This document shows positions 1-9,144 of a stretch of 64,000 nt of DNA, piece after piece. The notes below the pieces were generated by a model. It saw only the letters and a program-made list of their open reading frames with translations, ran no database searches and had not been told where the DNA came from. The DNA is from Candidatus Aegiribacteria sp. (lineage in GTDB: Bacteria; Fermentibacterota; Fermentibacteria; Fermentibacterales; JCC-6). The position numbers were made by a program, and so were the translations under genes. How positions within the stretch are numbered: the stretch's first letter is position 1; each line of letters opens with the position of its first letter. Location: NCBI GenBank assembly GCA_030620995.1, contig JAUXIK010000002.1, positions 23,903 to 87,902 of the forward strand, given 5' to 3'.

Positions 1-329
1 GACCCTGTGTTCTTCCGGGAACGCATTCGGAGAGGATCCTTTCCCAGAAGGCGCATAATGAGTCCGGTAGGAACGACAGCGATAAAGAATACAAGAGTCA
101 GCAGAATATTTGTTACGATAAAGCCCATAATGACTGCGAGCTTCATCCAGTATTTTTCCAGCGGCTGCAGAATAGAGGGGGTTACAAGAGCCGTAAACAG
201 AAAAAATCCGGACAATCCAGCGGAAAAGAGCCATAAAGGCTTATCTTTAATGTAGAACAGGATGGCCAGGACTGCAAATGCTCCTGCCATTGTCAGACCG
301 AACTTCTTCAGTTTGCGGATTTGATCCAT
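1..329 (-). CDS. SxtJ-like small membrane protein (partial, 3' end runs off the window)
   Basis: Absent from the ORF track (no stop inside window). Minus-strand ATG at 329-327, GGAG about 9 nt upstream, 13 nt after the carbamoyltransferase stop. Translates MDQIRKLKKFGLTMAGAFAVLAILFY...FIAVVPTGLIMRLLGKDPLRMRSRKN. Hydrophobic helices and a PxGLxMRLxGKDPL tail that I recall from SxtJ-family proteins, which usually neighbour this carbamoyltransferase family. Confidence 0.6.
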   Translation of the reverse strand, partial: MDQIRKLKKFGLTMAGAFAVLAILFYIKDKPLWLFSAGLSGFFLFTALVTPSILQPLEKYWMKLAVIMGFIVTNILLTLVFFIAVVPTGLIMRLLGKDPLRMRSRKNTG

Positions 330-342
330 ACCGATATCTCCA

Positions 343-2220
343 TCAGTCAAGCTTGAATACCTTTTTCCAGTCCTTTTCCTCTGTCAGTTCAGGCTGTTCT
401 TCCTTGAGGAGCAGACAATTACCCAGAGCGAGCATATCCATTTCCGTTCTCATGAAACAGAGATAAGCATCGTACGGTGAACATACGATAGGCTCACCTC
501 TTACATTAAAACTCGTGTTTATGATTACTCCGCAGCCGGTTTTGTTCATGAACCTTGATATAAGATTATGATATTTAGGGTTGTACTTTCCGTCTACAGT
601 CTGAATACGGGCGGAATAATCCACATGAGTAACCGCCGGGATATCCGATCTGGGAATTTTCAGTTTCTCCATCCCGAAAAGATTTTCTTCTTCAGTTGAC
701 TCATTCCTGCGGTTTTTGCGGACGGGCGCAACGAGAAGCATGTACGGACTGGACACATCGATCTCGAAGTACTCTTCAGCAACTTCGTTGAGAACCGATG
801 GAGCGAAGGGTCTGAAGGATTCCCGATACTTGATCTTCAGGTTCATCAGTGATTGCATGTCCTTGCTTCTGGCGTCTCCAATAATTGATCTGTTCCCCAG
901 AGCTCTTGGACCGAATTCCATTCTTCCGGAAAACCATCCAATAACTTTACCTGAAATGATTGCATCGCTTACTTCTTCTATGATACTTTCTTCATCAAGC
1001 CTTCTATACGGATATCCACTGCTCACGAGCCAGGATTCGATCTCATCATCACTCCAGTGCGGTCCGAGGTAGGATCCGTTCTGGCTGTCGTTTACTCCGT
1101 CTGCAACCCTGGTTCTATCAAGAACCTGGTGCCATACGAAAAGAGCTGCGCCGAGAGCGCCTCCCGCATCACCCGCAGCAGGCTGAATCCAGATATTATC
1201 AAAAAGGCCGGCACGAAGGATTTTTCCATTTGCAACGCAGTTAAGTGAAACACCCCCTGCCATGCAGAGGTTTCTCTGGCCGGTTTCCGATTTTACATGC
1301 TTCGCGGTTCTCATCATAACCTCTTCTGCAACAGCCTGCACCGATGCAGCAAGATCCATATCCCTTTGAGTAATGATTTCTTCCGGAGTTCTTGGAGGTC
1401 CGCCGAACAGTTTGTGGAATGCTCGGGAAGTCATGGTCAGTCCCTGGCAGTAATTGAAATATTTCATATTCAATCTGAAACTGCCGTCTTCTTTCAGGTC
1501 CATGATGTGTTCAAGAATTGTCTGTGCAAAACGGGGTTCACCATATGGAGCCAACCCCATGACTTTGTACTCTCCCGAGTTTACTCTAAACCCTGTGTAG
1601 TATGTAAACGCTGTGTACAGAAGCCCCAGACTGTGTGGGAAATGTAACTCATGCATGAGTTCTATATGATTGTTTTTACCGATCCCCCATGATGCGGTTG
1701 CCCATTCGCCGACGCCATCCATTGTTATGATGGCCGCTTCCTTGAAGGGGCTCGGGAAGAATGCCGACGCGGAGTGTGACTGATGATGCTCCGGATAAAA
1801 CAGCTCTCCGTTGAACTCTCCGAGGTTTTTTCTGATGCGGTCACCCATCCAGAGCTTTTCCTTGAGCCAGAGGGGCATGGATTTCAGAAAAGAGGGCAGG
1901 CCGGATGGTGCAAATGCAAGATATGTCTCAAGGAGTCTTTCGAACTTGAGAAACGGTTTGTCGTAAAAAGCCACATGGGTGAGCGACTCTGCATTTATGC
2001 CGCCTTCATCAAGACAGTACCTGATGGCATGTTCAGGGAATCGGTGGTCGTGCTTTTTTCTCGTGAAACGTTCTTCCTGTGCCGCAGCTACAATTCTGCC
2101 ATTATGCACCAGGCAGGCAGCTGAATCATGGTAGAAAGCGGAAATACCGAGTATCCAGGCGTCTATTGAAATCCCCCCATGAAGTTGTGAAACAGAATCA
2201 AGTTGATTAAATTCAATCAA
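343..2220 (-). CDS. NodU/CmcH-family carbamoyltransferase
   Basis: 625-aa ORF with ILGISAFYHDSAACLV, EERFTRKKHD, GLAPYGEP and C-terminal TSFNVRGEPIV blocks typical of this family. Confidence 0.9.
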   Translation of the reverse strand: MIEFNQLDSVSQLHGGISIDAWILGISAFYHDSAACLVHNGRIVAAAQEERFTRKKHDHRFPEHAIRYCLDEGGINAESLTHVAFYDKPFLKFERLLETYLAFAPSGLPSFLKSMPLWLKEKLWMGDRIRKNLGEFNGELFYPEHHQSHSASAFFPSPFKEAAIITMDGVGEWATASWGIGKNNHIELMHELHFPHSLGLLYTAFTYYTGFRVNSGEYKVMGLAPYGEPRFAQTILEHIMDLKEDGSFRLNMKYFNYCQGLTMTSRAFHKLFGGPPRTPEEIITQRDMDLAASVQAVAEEVMMRTAKHVKSETGQRNLCMAGGVSLNCVANGKILRAGLFDNIWIQPAAGDAGGALGAALFVWHQVLDRTRVADGVNDSQNGSYLGPHWSDDEIESWLVSSGYPYRRLDEESIIEEVSDAIISGKVIGWFSGRMEFGPRALGNRSIIGDARSKDMQSLMNLKIKYRESFRPFAPSVLNEVAEEYFEIDVSSPYMLLVAPVRKNRRNESTEEENLFGMEKLKIPRSDIPAVTHVDYSARIQTVDGKYNPKYHNLISRFMNKTGCGVIINTSFNVRGEPIVCSPYDAYLCFMRTEMDMLALGNCLLLKEEQPELTEEKDWKKVFKLD

Positions 2221-2265
2221 TTCACACGATTAACTGAAACAAATTCTTCTGAATACATATACTGA

Positions 2266-3654
2266 ATGGGAATTATAATGAAAGATACTAAACTGAGCGA
2301 TTCAACGGTGAAAGTTCTTAGAAAAATTGCAATCGTATCGGGCAGTGTGCTTATACTGCTTGCGCTGTTCTCAAATCTCCTGGGATTAAGCACCAGTTCA
2401 GGATTAAGCAGTAATCAGATAATCTTTGCAGCAGCGGGAATTATTCTGATAATAACCGGTTTTCTCGGCCGGCGCTTTCCTGTATTCTACGGGAGTACAG
2501 CAAAGATACTCCTTAGTATCGTAATTGCGGTGATCATACTTGATCTTCTGTCTCTTGTTCTGGTAAAGCTGATTGATCCGGAAAGATTCAGGATCAGGGC
2601 GCAAAAGATTGAAGTGGGTCATCTGGATGAAGTTGAGTATATAGTTGTATCGGGTCGTTATGAACCTTTTGTTGTATGGAGATCCAACCCGATCATCAAT
2701 TGTGATTCGATAACTATCACTGATGATGGTTTTCGCCTGACTCCTGGAATATCACATAATCCTGACGCGTTCAGTGTTTTGATGCTGGGGGGATCCGCAA
2801 TGTGGGGTGTGGGTGTATCTGATTCAGGCACAATCGCAGCAAATCTGCAGAGGGACTTATCGGAGTTGATTGAAAAACCTGTCGCAGTGTTCAATCTTGC
2901 TCAGGCAGGCCATTCCTCTACACAGGAGGTGATCGAGCTTATGCTGCAGCTCAGAAATGGCGATATCCCTGATCTTGTGATATTCTATGATGGATTCAAT
3001 GATGTCTGGGGTGCTTATGAGAACGGACTTGCAGGCGTTCACCATTCACTGGAATCGATAGCTGGAAGGGTTGAGGGAACAGATGAAGCGCTTGGCATCA
3101 TGCCTGTTTGGAAAATTATCCTCAGCAAAACAAATACATGGCTTCTTGTTACCTCGCTTCGATCAAAGGGAATACTGCCCCAGGAGACGGTTGAAATTCC
3201 AACTTACAGAACAATGGGAATAAATTTTGACACGCTAACCTCACAGATTGTCAGCGTCTATTATGGAAACTGCCGCGTTATCGAAGCGCTTGCCGATTTC
3301 TACGAATTCGACTGTCTGTTCATATGGCACCCGACTATCTGGACAGGAGATAAAGCCCTTTCGGATCGAGAACATGTATTCTACGAAGGAGGGCATGAAT
3401 CATTCCTTGCAGGTGGAGATACTGCATTCATAGAATTGCTTCAAGCAAGCTATGACCTTTTTGAAGAATCGATAATTGATTCGACTCGATACTTTTCTTT
3501 CAGGACTATCTTCGATGAAACTGAGGATGAAGTCTATCTTGATTATTCCGGAGCACATGTAAGCGCAGAAGCCAATGAGATGATTGCGGAAGAACTGATC
3601 AGAATAATATCAGAAACCTGGTGCTCCCACGGGGAATTCCTTCGACTCGATTAA
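2266..3654 (+). CDS. Membrane-anchored SGNH/GDSL-like hydrolase-fold protein (hypothetical)
   Basis: 462-aa ORF. N-terminal hydrophobic helices, then SGNH-like blocks (LMLGGSAMWG, NLAQAGHSS, YDGFNDV). The last 12 codons lie in a copy of the tRNA-Glu 3' end. Confidence 0.5.
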   Translation: MGIIMKDTKLSDSTVKVLRKIAIVSGSVLILLALFSNLLGLSTSSGLSSNQIIFAAAGIILIITGFLGRRFPVFYGSTAKILLSIVIAVIILDLLSLVLVKLIDPERFRIRAQKIEVGHLDEVEYIVVSGRYEPFVVWRSNPIINCDSITITDDGFRLTPGISHNPDAFSVLMLGGSAMWGVGVSDSGTIAANLQRDLSELIEKPVAVFNLAQAGHSSTQEVIELMLQLRNGDIPDLVIFYDGFNDVWGAYENGLAGVHHSLESIAGRVEGTDEALGIMPVWKIILSKTNTWLLVTSLRSKGILPQETVEIPTYRTMGINFDTLTSQIVSVYYGNCRVIEALADFYEFDCLFIWHPTIWTGDKALSDREHVFYEGGHESFLAGGDTAFIELLQASYDLFEESIIDSTRYFSFRTIFDETEDEVYLDYSGAHVSAEANEMIAEELIRIISETWCSHGEFLRLD

Positions 3655-3818
3655 CTCACTCAGGATTAACTCACCAGTTCGATCTATCTAATGGAAATCG
3701 TCTTTGGCATACCTGAATTGTATACACTATTCATGGATAATTCAAGCATTTGAGAATTTATACTAGCAATATAATATTAATGCGAATGAATTAGTTAAGT
3801 AAGTTATGCCCGGCATTG

Positions 3819-3893
3819 TGGCGCTCCCACGGGGAATCGAACCCCGGTTTCCGGCGTGAGAGGCCAGCGTCCTAGCCGCTAGACGATGGGAGC
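3819..3893 (-). tRNA. tRNA-Glu (anticodon CTC)
   Basis: Reverse complement GCTCCCATCGTCTAGCGGCTAGGACGCTGGCCTCTCACGCCGGAAACCGGGGTTCGATTCCCCGTGGGAGCGCCA. It has a 7-bp acceptor stem, anticodon stem CTGGC/GCCGG with loop CTCTCAC, a GTTCGATTC T-loop and an encoded CCA. Confidence 0.9.
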
Positions 3894-3956
3894 ATATTGA
3901 TTTCAGGGCGCAAATATTAGCTGACTTGATGGATCAGTCAAGTCTATCGGGACAAA

Positions 3957-5456
3957 TCAGTTATTCGAGAATTCCTCCTGATATCGTTTTTCCAGCTTCT
4001 TCATTGCTTTCTTTGACAGTCCGCCCAGTTCATTCATTGCATACCTGATGCGCATTCGGCTCATGTCGCTGCCGAGGATTTCCATTGTATCGAACAGCGG
4101 GGTTGAAACCTTCTTGCCGCTCATTGCGACGTAAAATGGCTGGGTGAGATGCTTCATTTTAATATCCAGTTTATCCGCAACCTTTTTGAAGGATTCGTAG
4201 ATGCGTTCTTTGCAGAATGATTGTATTCCCTCAAGTTCCCATAGAACGATCTGCAGGATTTCGCATGTCTGCGTATGAGACATGTCCTTCATAAGAAGAC
4301 CTTCTGCAGTGAGCGGAACCTTGCCGCAGAAGAAATGACTCGTCATCTCTCCCCAGTCGGAAAGGGCGTTCATTCTCCCTTTCGATATTTCAAGTATTTT
4401 TTTGAAGTGATCTCTGTTCAGCCCCCATTCAACCAGTCTGTCAAGAAGCTGCTCTGTTTTGAAATTCTCTCTGATATATTTTCCGTTCAACCAGAGGAGT
4501 TTATCCGGATCGAATACAGGGCCTCCGAGGCTGATATCCTCCAGTCTGAAGTTCTCGATCATCTCTTCGACAGAGAATTTCTCTTTGTCATCTGACAGGT
4601 GCCAGCCCAGCATACCGATAAAGTTAAGCAGAGCTTCGGGAAGGATTCCGTTCTTTCTGTACCATTCGATCGAAACAGGATTCTTCCTTTTGGAAAGTTT
4701 GCTTTTATCCTTATTCCGGAGCAGAGGCAGATGACAGTATACAGGTGGTTCCCATCCGAAGTACTGATAGAGCAGAACATGTTTCGGAACAGAATTTATC
4801 CACTCTTCACCTCTGATGATATGAGATATCTTCATCAGGTGGTCATCAACGACAACGGCCAGGTGATATGTCGGATATCCATCCGCTTTCATTATCACCT
4901 GATCATCAATCGATTCCCAGTCCTTCTCTATTTTACCTCTCAGCAGATCTTCAAATACGCACTTGCCCTCAAGAGGAACCTTCATCCGAACAACGAAATT
5001 CTCACCGGCTTCAATTCTTCCGGTGGCTTCCTCCGGAGAAATGTTCCTGCATTTACGGTCATAACCGCTGCCTGCGCCTGATTTTTGGCATTCTTTCCTC
5101 AGTTCCGCGAGACGTTCCTTCGTGCAGAAGCATGGATACGCATAGCCCTCCGCAACAAGACGGTTGATGTGCTCCTGGTATATATCCAGTCTTTCACTTT
5201 GCCGATACGGTCCGAATTGTCCGCCTGTTTCAGGGCCTTCATCCCATTCCAGACCGAGCCACCTGAGGGAATCGATTATTGATTTCTCGTACTCAGGTTT
5301 TGATCGCTCCCTGTCAGTATCTTCTATTCTCAAAATGAAAGAACCATTGTTTTTCCTGGCCCAGACGTACCCGAAGAGAGCCTGATACGCAGTGCCTACG
5401 TGCGGGTCGCCGGTGGGGGACGGAGCCAGTCGAGTTCTCACTTCTTGAACAGTCAT
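3957..5456 (-). CDS. gltX: Glutamyl-tRNA synthetase
   Basis: Class I aaRS motifs PSPTGDPHVGTA (HIGH) and KLSKR (KMSKS). Start moved from the upstream GTG at 5510 to the ATG at 5456 (MTVQEVRTRLAPSPTG), which matches the usual N-terminus. Confidence 0.9.
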   Translation of the reverse strand: MTVQEVRTRLAPSPTGDPHVGTAYQALFGYVWARKNNGSFILRIEDTDRERSKPEYEKSIIDSLRWLGLEWDEGPETGGQFGPYRQSERLDIYQEHINRLVAEGYAYPCFCTKERLAELRKECQKSGAGSGYDRKCRNISPEEATGRIEAGENFVVRMKVPLEGKCVFEDLLRGKIEKDWESIDDQVIMKADGYPTYHLAVVVDDHLMKISHIIRGEEWINSVPKHVLLYQYFGWEPPVYCHLPLLRNKDKSKLSKRKNPVSIEWYRKNGILPEALLNFIGMLGWHLSDDKEKFSVEEMIENFRLEDISLGGPVFDPDKLLWLNGKYIRENFKTEQLLDRLVEWGLNRDHFKKILEISKGRMNALSDWGEMTSHFFCGKVPLTAEGLLMKDMSHTQTCEILQIVLWELEGIQSFCKERIYESFKKVADKLDIKMKHLTQPFYVAMSGKKVSTPLFDTMEILGSDMSRMRIRYAMNELGGLSKKAMKKLEKRYQEEFSNN

Positions 5457-5669
5457 TAATACCTTTCTGAAATTCACATTACCATTTTCATCAGGTTTCA
5501 ATATAAGCACTATTTAATGAAAAAAGCAGGTGTGATTGAAAAGTTTGTTCCGGGAATATCACCTGTTTTCATTCATGAGTATGTGATATTGTTATTACTT
5601 GGTATCTGTTGAATTTGTGAGAGGATTCTCCAACTGTTTCGGTCTTATGAAAGGACAATCTGAAAAGCA

Positions 5670-6815
5670 ATGAAACTCGAAGAATTTCAGGCAAAGAAAC
5701 TGTTCAGAGAGCATGGCATCCCCACTCCTGCCGGGATAATGGTGACCTCAGCAAGTGAAGCGGAGAGCGCTGCTCAGGAAATTGGATGTCCTGTTGTGAT
5801 CAAGGCTCAGGTTCAGGCAGGCGGAAGAGGAAAAGCCGGGGGTGTGAAGCTCGCTGAGACTCCTGCTGAAGCCCGCAGGGCAGCAGATGCAATACTTGGA
5901 ATGACAATAAAGGATCTTGTGGTTCAAAGGGTGCTTGTAGATCCGGCTGTATCAATTGCAGGTGAATATTACATAGGAATAACGATTGACAGAAGAAAGA
6001 AAATCCCGGTAATGATGGCTTCCGCGTCCGGAGGAGTCGACATAGAGAAAGTCGCGGCTGATTCCCCTGAAAAAATCATATTCCAGGATATCGATCCGGA
6101 AAGAGGTTTACGATCATTTGAAGCCAAACAAGTGGCTTTCCAGTTATTTGATGATAAGAAAAAAGCTCTGGCGACAGCATCAATAATGGTGAAGCTCTGG
6201 AAGTGTTTCAGAAATGTAGACGCATCTCTTGCAGAGATTAATCCGCTCGCGGAGCTTTCGGATGGTTCCATTCTTGCTCTCGACGCGAAAATCGTACTGG
6301 ATGAAAACGCCATGTATAAACATCTTGAACTGGAAGAATTGCGATTGCCGACTCCATCCGAAGAGAAGGAACTTGAAGCTTCCAGACATGGATTGAGCTA
6401 TGTGCAGCTCGATGGAGAAATTGGCTGCATGGTGAACGGAGCCGGTCTTGCAATGGCTACTATGGATATTATCAAGCATCTGGGAGGAACTCCCGCGAAT
6501 TTTCTCGATATCGGAGGCAGTTCAAGCCCGGAAAAGGTTGTTCATGCCATGGAGCTTCTGGTATCAGATGAAAACGTAAAAGCTATTTTCATAAATGTTT
6601 TCGGCGGTATAACGCGCTGCGACGATGTCGCAAACGGACTTGTCAAAGCCCTGGAACAGATAAAAACCAACCTGCCCCTTGTTGTTCGGCTTACCGGAAC
6701 AAATGAAGAGGAAGGGAGAAGAATTCTCTCCGATTTCGGTATAAGTGCAACAGGAGATATGACCAGAGGAGCTCTTGAAGCAATTAGCCTTGCAGCAAAG
6801 GGGGGTGTCAGCTGA
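5670..6815 (+). CDS. sucC: Succinyl-CoA synthetase beta subunit
   Basis: MKLEEFQAKKLFREHGIPTP ATP-grasp N-terminus, GCMVNGAGLAMATMD, FINVFGGITRCD. Confidence 0.93.
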   Translation: MKLEEFQAKKLFREHGIPTPAGIMVTSASEAESAAQEIGCPVVIKAQVQAGGRGKAGGVKLAETPAEARRAADAILGMTIKDLVVQRVLVDPAVSIAGEYYIGITIDRRKKIPVMMASASGGVDIEKVAADSPEKIIFQDIDPERGLRSFEAKQVAFQLFDDKKKALATASIMVKLWKCFRNVDASLAEINPLAELSDGSILALDAKIVLDENAMYKHLELEELRLPTPSEEKELEASRHGLSYVQLDGEIGCMVNGAGLAMATMDIIKHLGGTPANFLDIGGSSSPEKVVHAMELLVSDENVKAIFINVFGGITRCDDVANGLVKALEQIKTNLPLVVRLTGTNEEEGRRILSDFGISATGDMTRGALEAISLAAKGGVS

Positions 6816-7684
6816 TGAGCATACTGATAAACAGACATTCGCGGGTAATGGTTCAGGGTCTTGGCCGTGACGGATATTTTCACGCAAAGGAGATGATAGC
6901 ATACGGGACAAACATCGTTGCCGGAGTGCATCCGGGAAAAGGCGGGACATATCTTGAAGGAGTTCCGATTTTCAACACAGCACAGGAAGCTGTTGAGGAA
7001 ACCGATGCTGAATGCAGTGTGCTTTTTGTGCCGGCACCCTTTGCAGAGGACGCAATTCTGGCTGCCGCAAATGCCGGGATAAATCTAGTGGTTGCGGTCA
7101 CTGAAGGAATCCCGGTATTGGATGTGTCAGGCGTTCTGATGGAATTGAATGAACTCGGAACCCGTCTGGTGGGTCCGAACAGCCCCGGTCTTATTTCACC
7201 AGGTGAATCAAAGGTGGGAATCATGCCTGGTGGAATATTCAAACGGGGACCTGTGGGCGTTATCTCCAGAAGCGGAACGCTTACATACGAAGTCGTTAAT
7301 CAGCTTACCGCTGCCGGTTTCGGGCAGTCGACCGCTATCGGCATGGGCGGAGACCCGGTTATCGGCATGAAGTACAATGATTATCTTGCTCTGCTCGAAA
7401 ACGATGAAGATACTGAAGCGGTAGTAATTGTGGGAGAAATCGGTGGTTCTGACGAGCAGGATGCCGCTGCCTTCGTTAAAGAGCACATCACCAAGCCGGT
7501 TGTCGGCTACATCGTTGGAAGAAGCGCCCCGCCGGGAAAGAGAATGGGCCATGCGGGAGCCATTGTTGAAGGCGCGTCCGGCACCGCGGCAGCGAAGGTT
7601 GAAGTTCTCAGGGATCATGGCATACCTGTTGCGGATACAGTCGAGCACATTGTTAAACTTATCAGTGAGAAGCTGGGAGGTTGA
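6815..7684 (+). CDS. sucD: Succinyl-CoA synthetase alpha subunit
   Basis: ATGA overlap with sucC. Contains GPNSPGLISPG, SRSGTLTYE, MGHAGAIV (phosphohistidine loop). Confidence 0.93.
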   Translation: MSILINRHSRVMVQGLGRDGYFHAKEMIAYGTNIVAGVHPGKGGTYLEGVPIFNTAQEAVEETDAECSVLFVPAPFAEDAILAAANAGINLVVAVTEGIPVLDVSGVLMELNELGTRLVGPNSPGLISPGESKVGIMPGGIFKRGPVGVISRSGTLTYEVVNQLTAAGFGQSTAIGMGGDPVIGMKYNDYLALLENDEDTEAVVIVGEIGGSDEQDAAAFVKEHITKPVVGYIVGRSAPPGKRMGHAGAIVEGASGTAAAKVEVLRDHGIPVADTVEHIVKLISEKLGG

Positions 7685-8532
7685 AATTGAGAGAAATTGA
7701 CGTTACTTCCATCATAAAAGCGGTCAAAGATCTCAGCATCAGCACGAATATCTATCTCGGTGATGACGTGAAGAACGCTCTGAGAAAAGCGCTTGAAAAA
7801 GAGGAGTCTTCCCTTGGGCGGGAAATCCTCCAGGTGATTCTGGAGAATCATGAGATATCTGAGCGTGAGAAGATGCCGATCTGTCAGGATACAGGTGTAG
7901 CAATTGTATTCCTGGAGGTCGGTCAGGAAGTTCATTTCACCGGAGGAGCTCTTGAAGATGCCATAAACGAAGGGGTACGGCAGGGCTACGCTGAAGGCTA
8001 CCTTCGCAAGTCCATCGTTGCTGATCCTGTGCTTAAGAGAAAGAATACAACAGACAATACGCCTGCAATTATCTATACCAGGATTGTCCCGGGAGACAAA
8101 GTAAGGATACAGTTCGCTCCCAAGGGCGGCGGCGCGGAGAATATGAGCGAAGTCCGCATGATGACAGCAGCGCAGGGTATTGAAGGAGTAAAGGATTTCG
8201 TTGTTGACAGAGTATCCAGATCAGGTGGTAATCCATGTCCTCCCATAGTAGTTGGTGTTGGGATAGGAGGGAGTTTTGAGCGATGCGCCATGCTCGCGAA
8301 AGAAGCTCTTTTCCGGACAATTGGTGAACCCAATCCGGATCCTGAATTCAACGAGGTTGAAAATGAACTTCTTCGCAGAATCAATAACCTGGGCATTGGA
8401 CCACAGGGACTCGGCGGAAGAACAACCGCTCTTGCGGTGCATATAAAAACTGTTCCATGCCACATCGCTTCCATGCCTGTTGCTGTAAATATTCAATGCC
8501 ATGTCAGCAGGCACGGCGAAACAATTATTTAG
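7681..8532 (+). CDS. Class I (Fe-S) fumarate/tartrate hydro-lyase, alpha subunit
   Basis: TTG start overlapping the sucD stop. Contains PICQDTGVAIVFLEVG, KGGGAENMS, PCPPIVVGVGIGGS, typical of the N-terminal half of class I fumarase. Confidence 0.88.
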   Translation: MKLREIDVTSIIKAVKDLSISTNIYLGDDVKNALRKALEKEESSLGREILQVILENHEISEREKMPICQDTGVAIVFLEVGQEVHFTGGALEDAINEGVRQGYAEGYLRKSIVADPVLKRKNTTDNTPAIIYTRIVPGDKVRIQFAPKGGGAENMSEVRMMTAAQGIEGVKDFVVDRVSRSGGNPCPPIVVGVGIGGSFERCAMLAKEALFRTIGEPNPDPEFNEVENELLRRINNLGIGPQGLGGRTTALAVHIKTVPCHIASMPVAVNIQCHVSRHGETII

Positions 8533-8544
8533 GAGGAGATTGCA

Positions 8545-9102
8545 TTGAAGACAGTAGAATTGAGAACTCCCCTTGATGATGATCAGATCAGCAATCTTGA
8601 ATCCGGAGATAAAGTATTTCTTTCGGGAGAGATCTACACAGGTCGTGATGCGGCGCACAAACGTCTGGTCAAACTCATTGAAGACGGGAAAGAGCTACCC
8701 TTCGATCTGAAGGGTGCTGTCATATACTATGTTGGTCCTGCTCCTTCAAGACCCGGGCAGATAATGAATTCTGCCGGACCTACTACCAGCTACAGAATGG
8801 ACACATTCACTCCGCTGCTGCTGAAGAACGGCCTGAAAGGAACAATTGGCAAAGGCCCCAGATCAATGCAGGTGCGTGAATCCATGGTTAAGAACAAAGG
8901 GGTATATTTTGCCGCCGTAGGCGGAGCTGCAGCCGGGATCGCCTTTTCTGTGAAGCAGGCTGAGGTTATCGCCTACGAAGACCTTGGCCCTGAAGCAATC
9001 AGAAGGCTTATTGTTGAACGGATGCCTCTGTTCGTTGTGAATGATATTAAAGGTAATGATCTCTTCGAGGCGGGAGTCGCAGAATACCGCCGCGAGGAAT
9101 AG
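8545..9102 (+). CDS. Class I (Fe-S) fumarate/tartrate hydro-lyase, beta subunit
   Basis: TTG start 9 nt after AGGAGG. Contains LSGEIYTGRDAAHKRL, GPTTSYRMD, IGKG, matching the C-terminal fumarase domain. Confidence 0.88.
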   Translation: MKTVELRTPLDDDQISNLESGDKVFLSGEIYTGRDAAHKRLVKLIEDGKELPFDLKGAVIYYVGPAPSRPGQIMNSAGPTTSYRMDTFTPLLLKNGLKGTIGKGPRSMQVRESMVKNKGVYFAAVGGAAAGIAFSVKQAEVIAYEDLGPEAIRRLIVERMPLFVVNDIKGNDLFEAGVAEYRREE

Positions 9103-9144
9103 GGTAAATGCTGTACTAACTCTGAATATGAACGGGATGGAGAA

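Noticed and set aside
7-255. Plus-strand 82-aa ORF from the track
   Set aside because: It is Arg/Ser-rich and low-complexity. It lies antisense to a much better minus-strand membrane-protein frame (SxtJ-like) that has an RBS and operon context.
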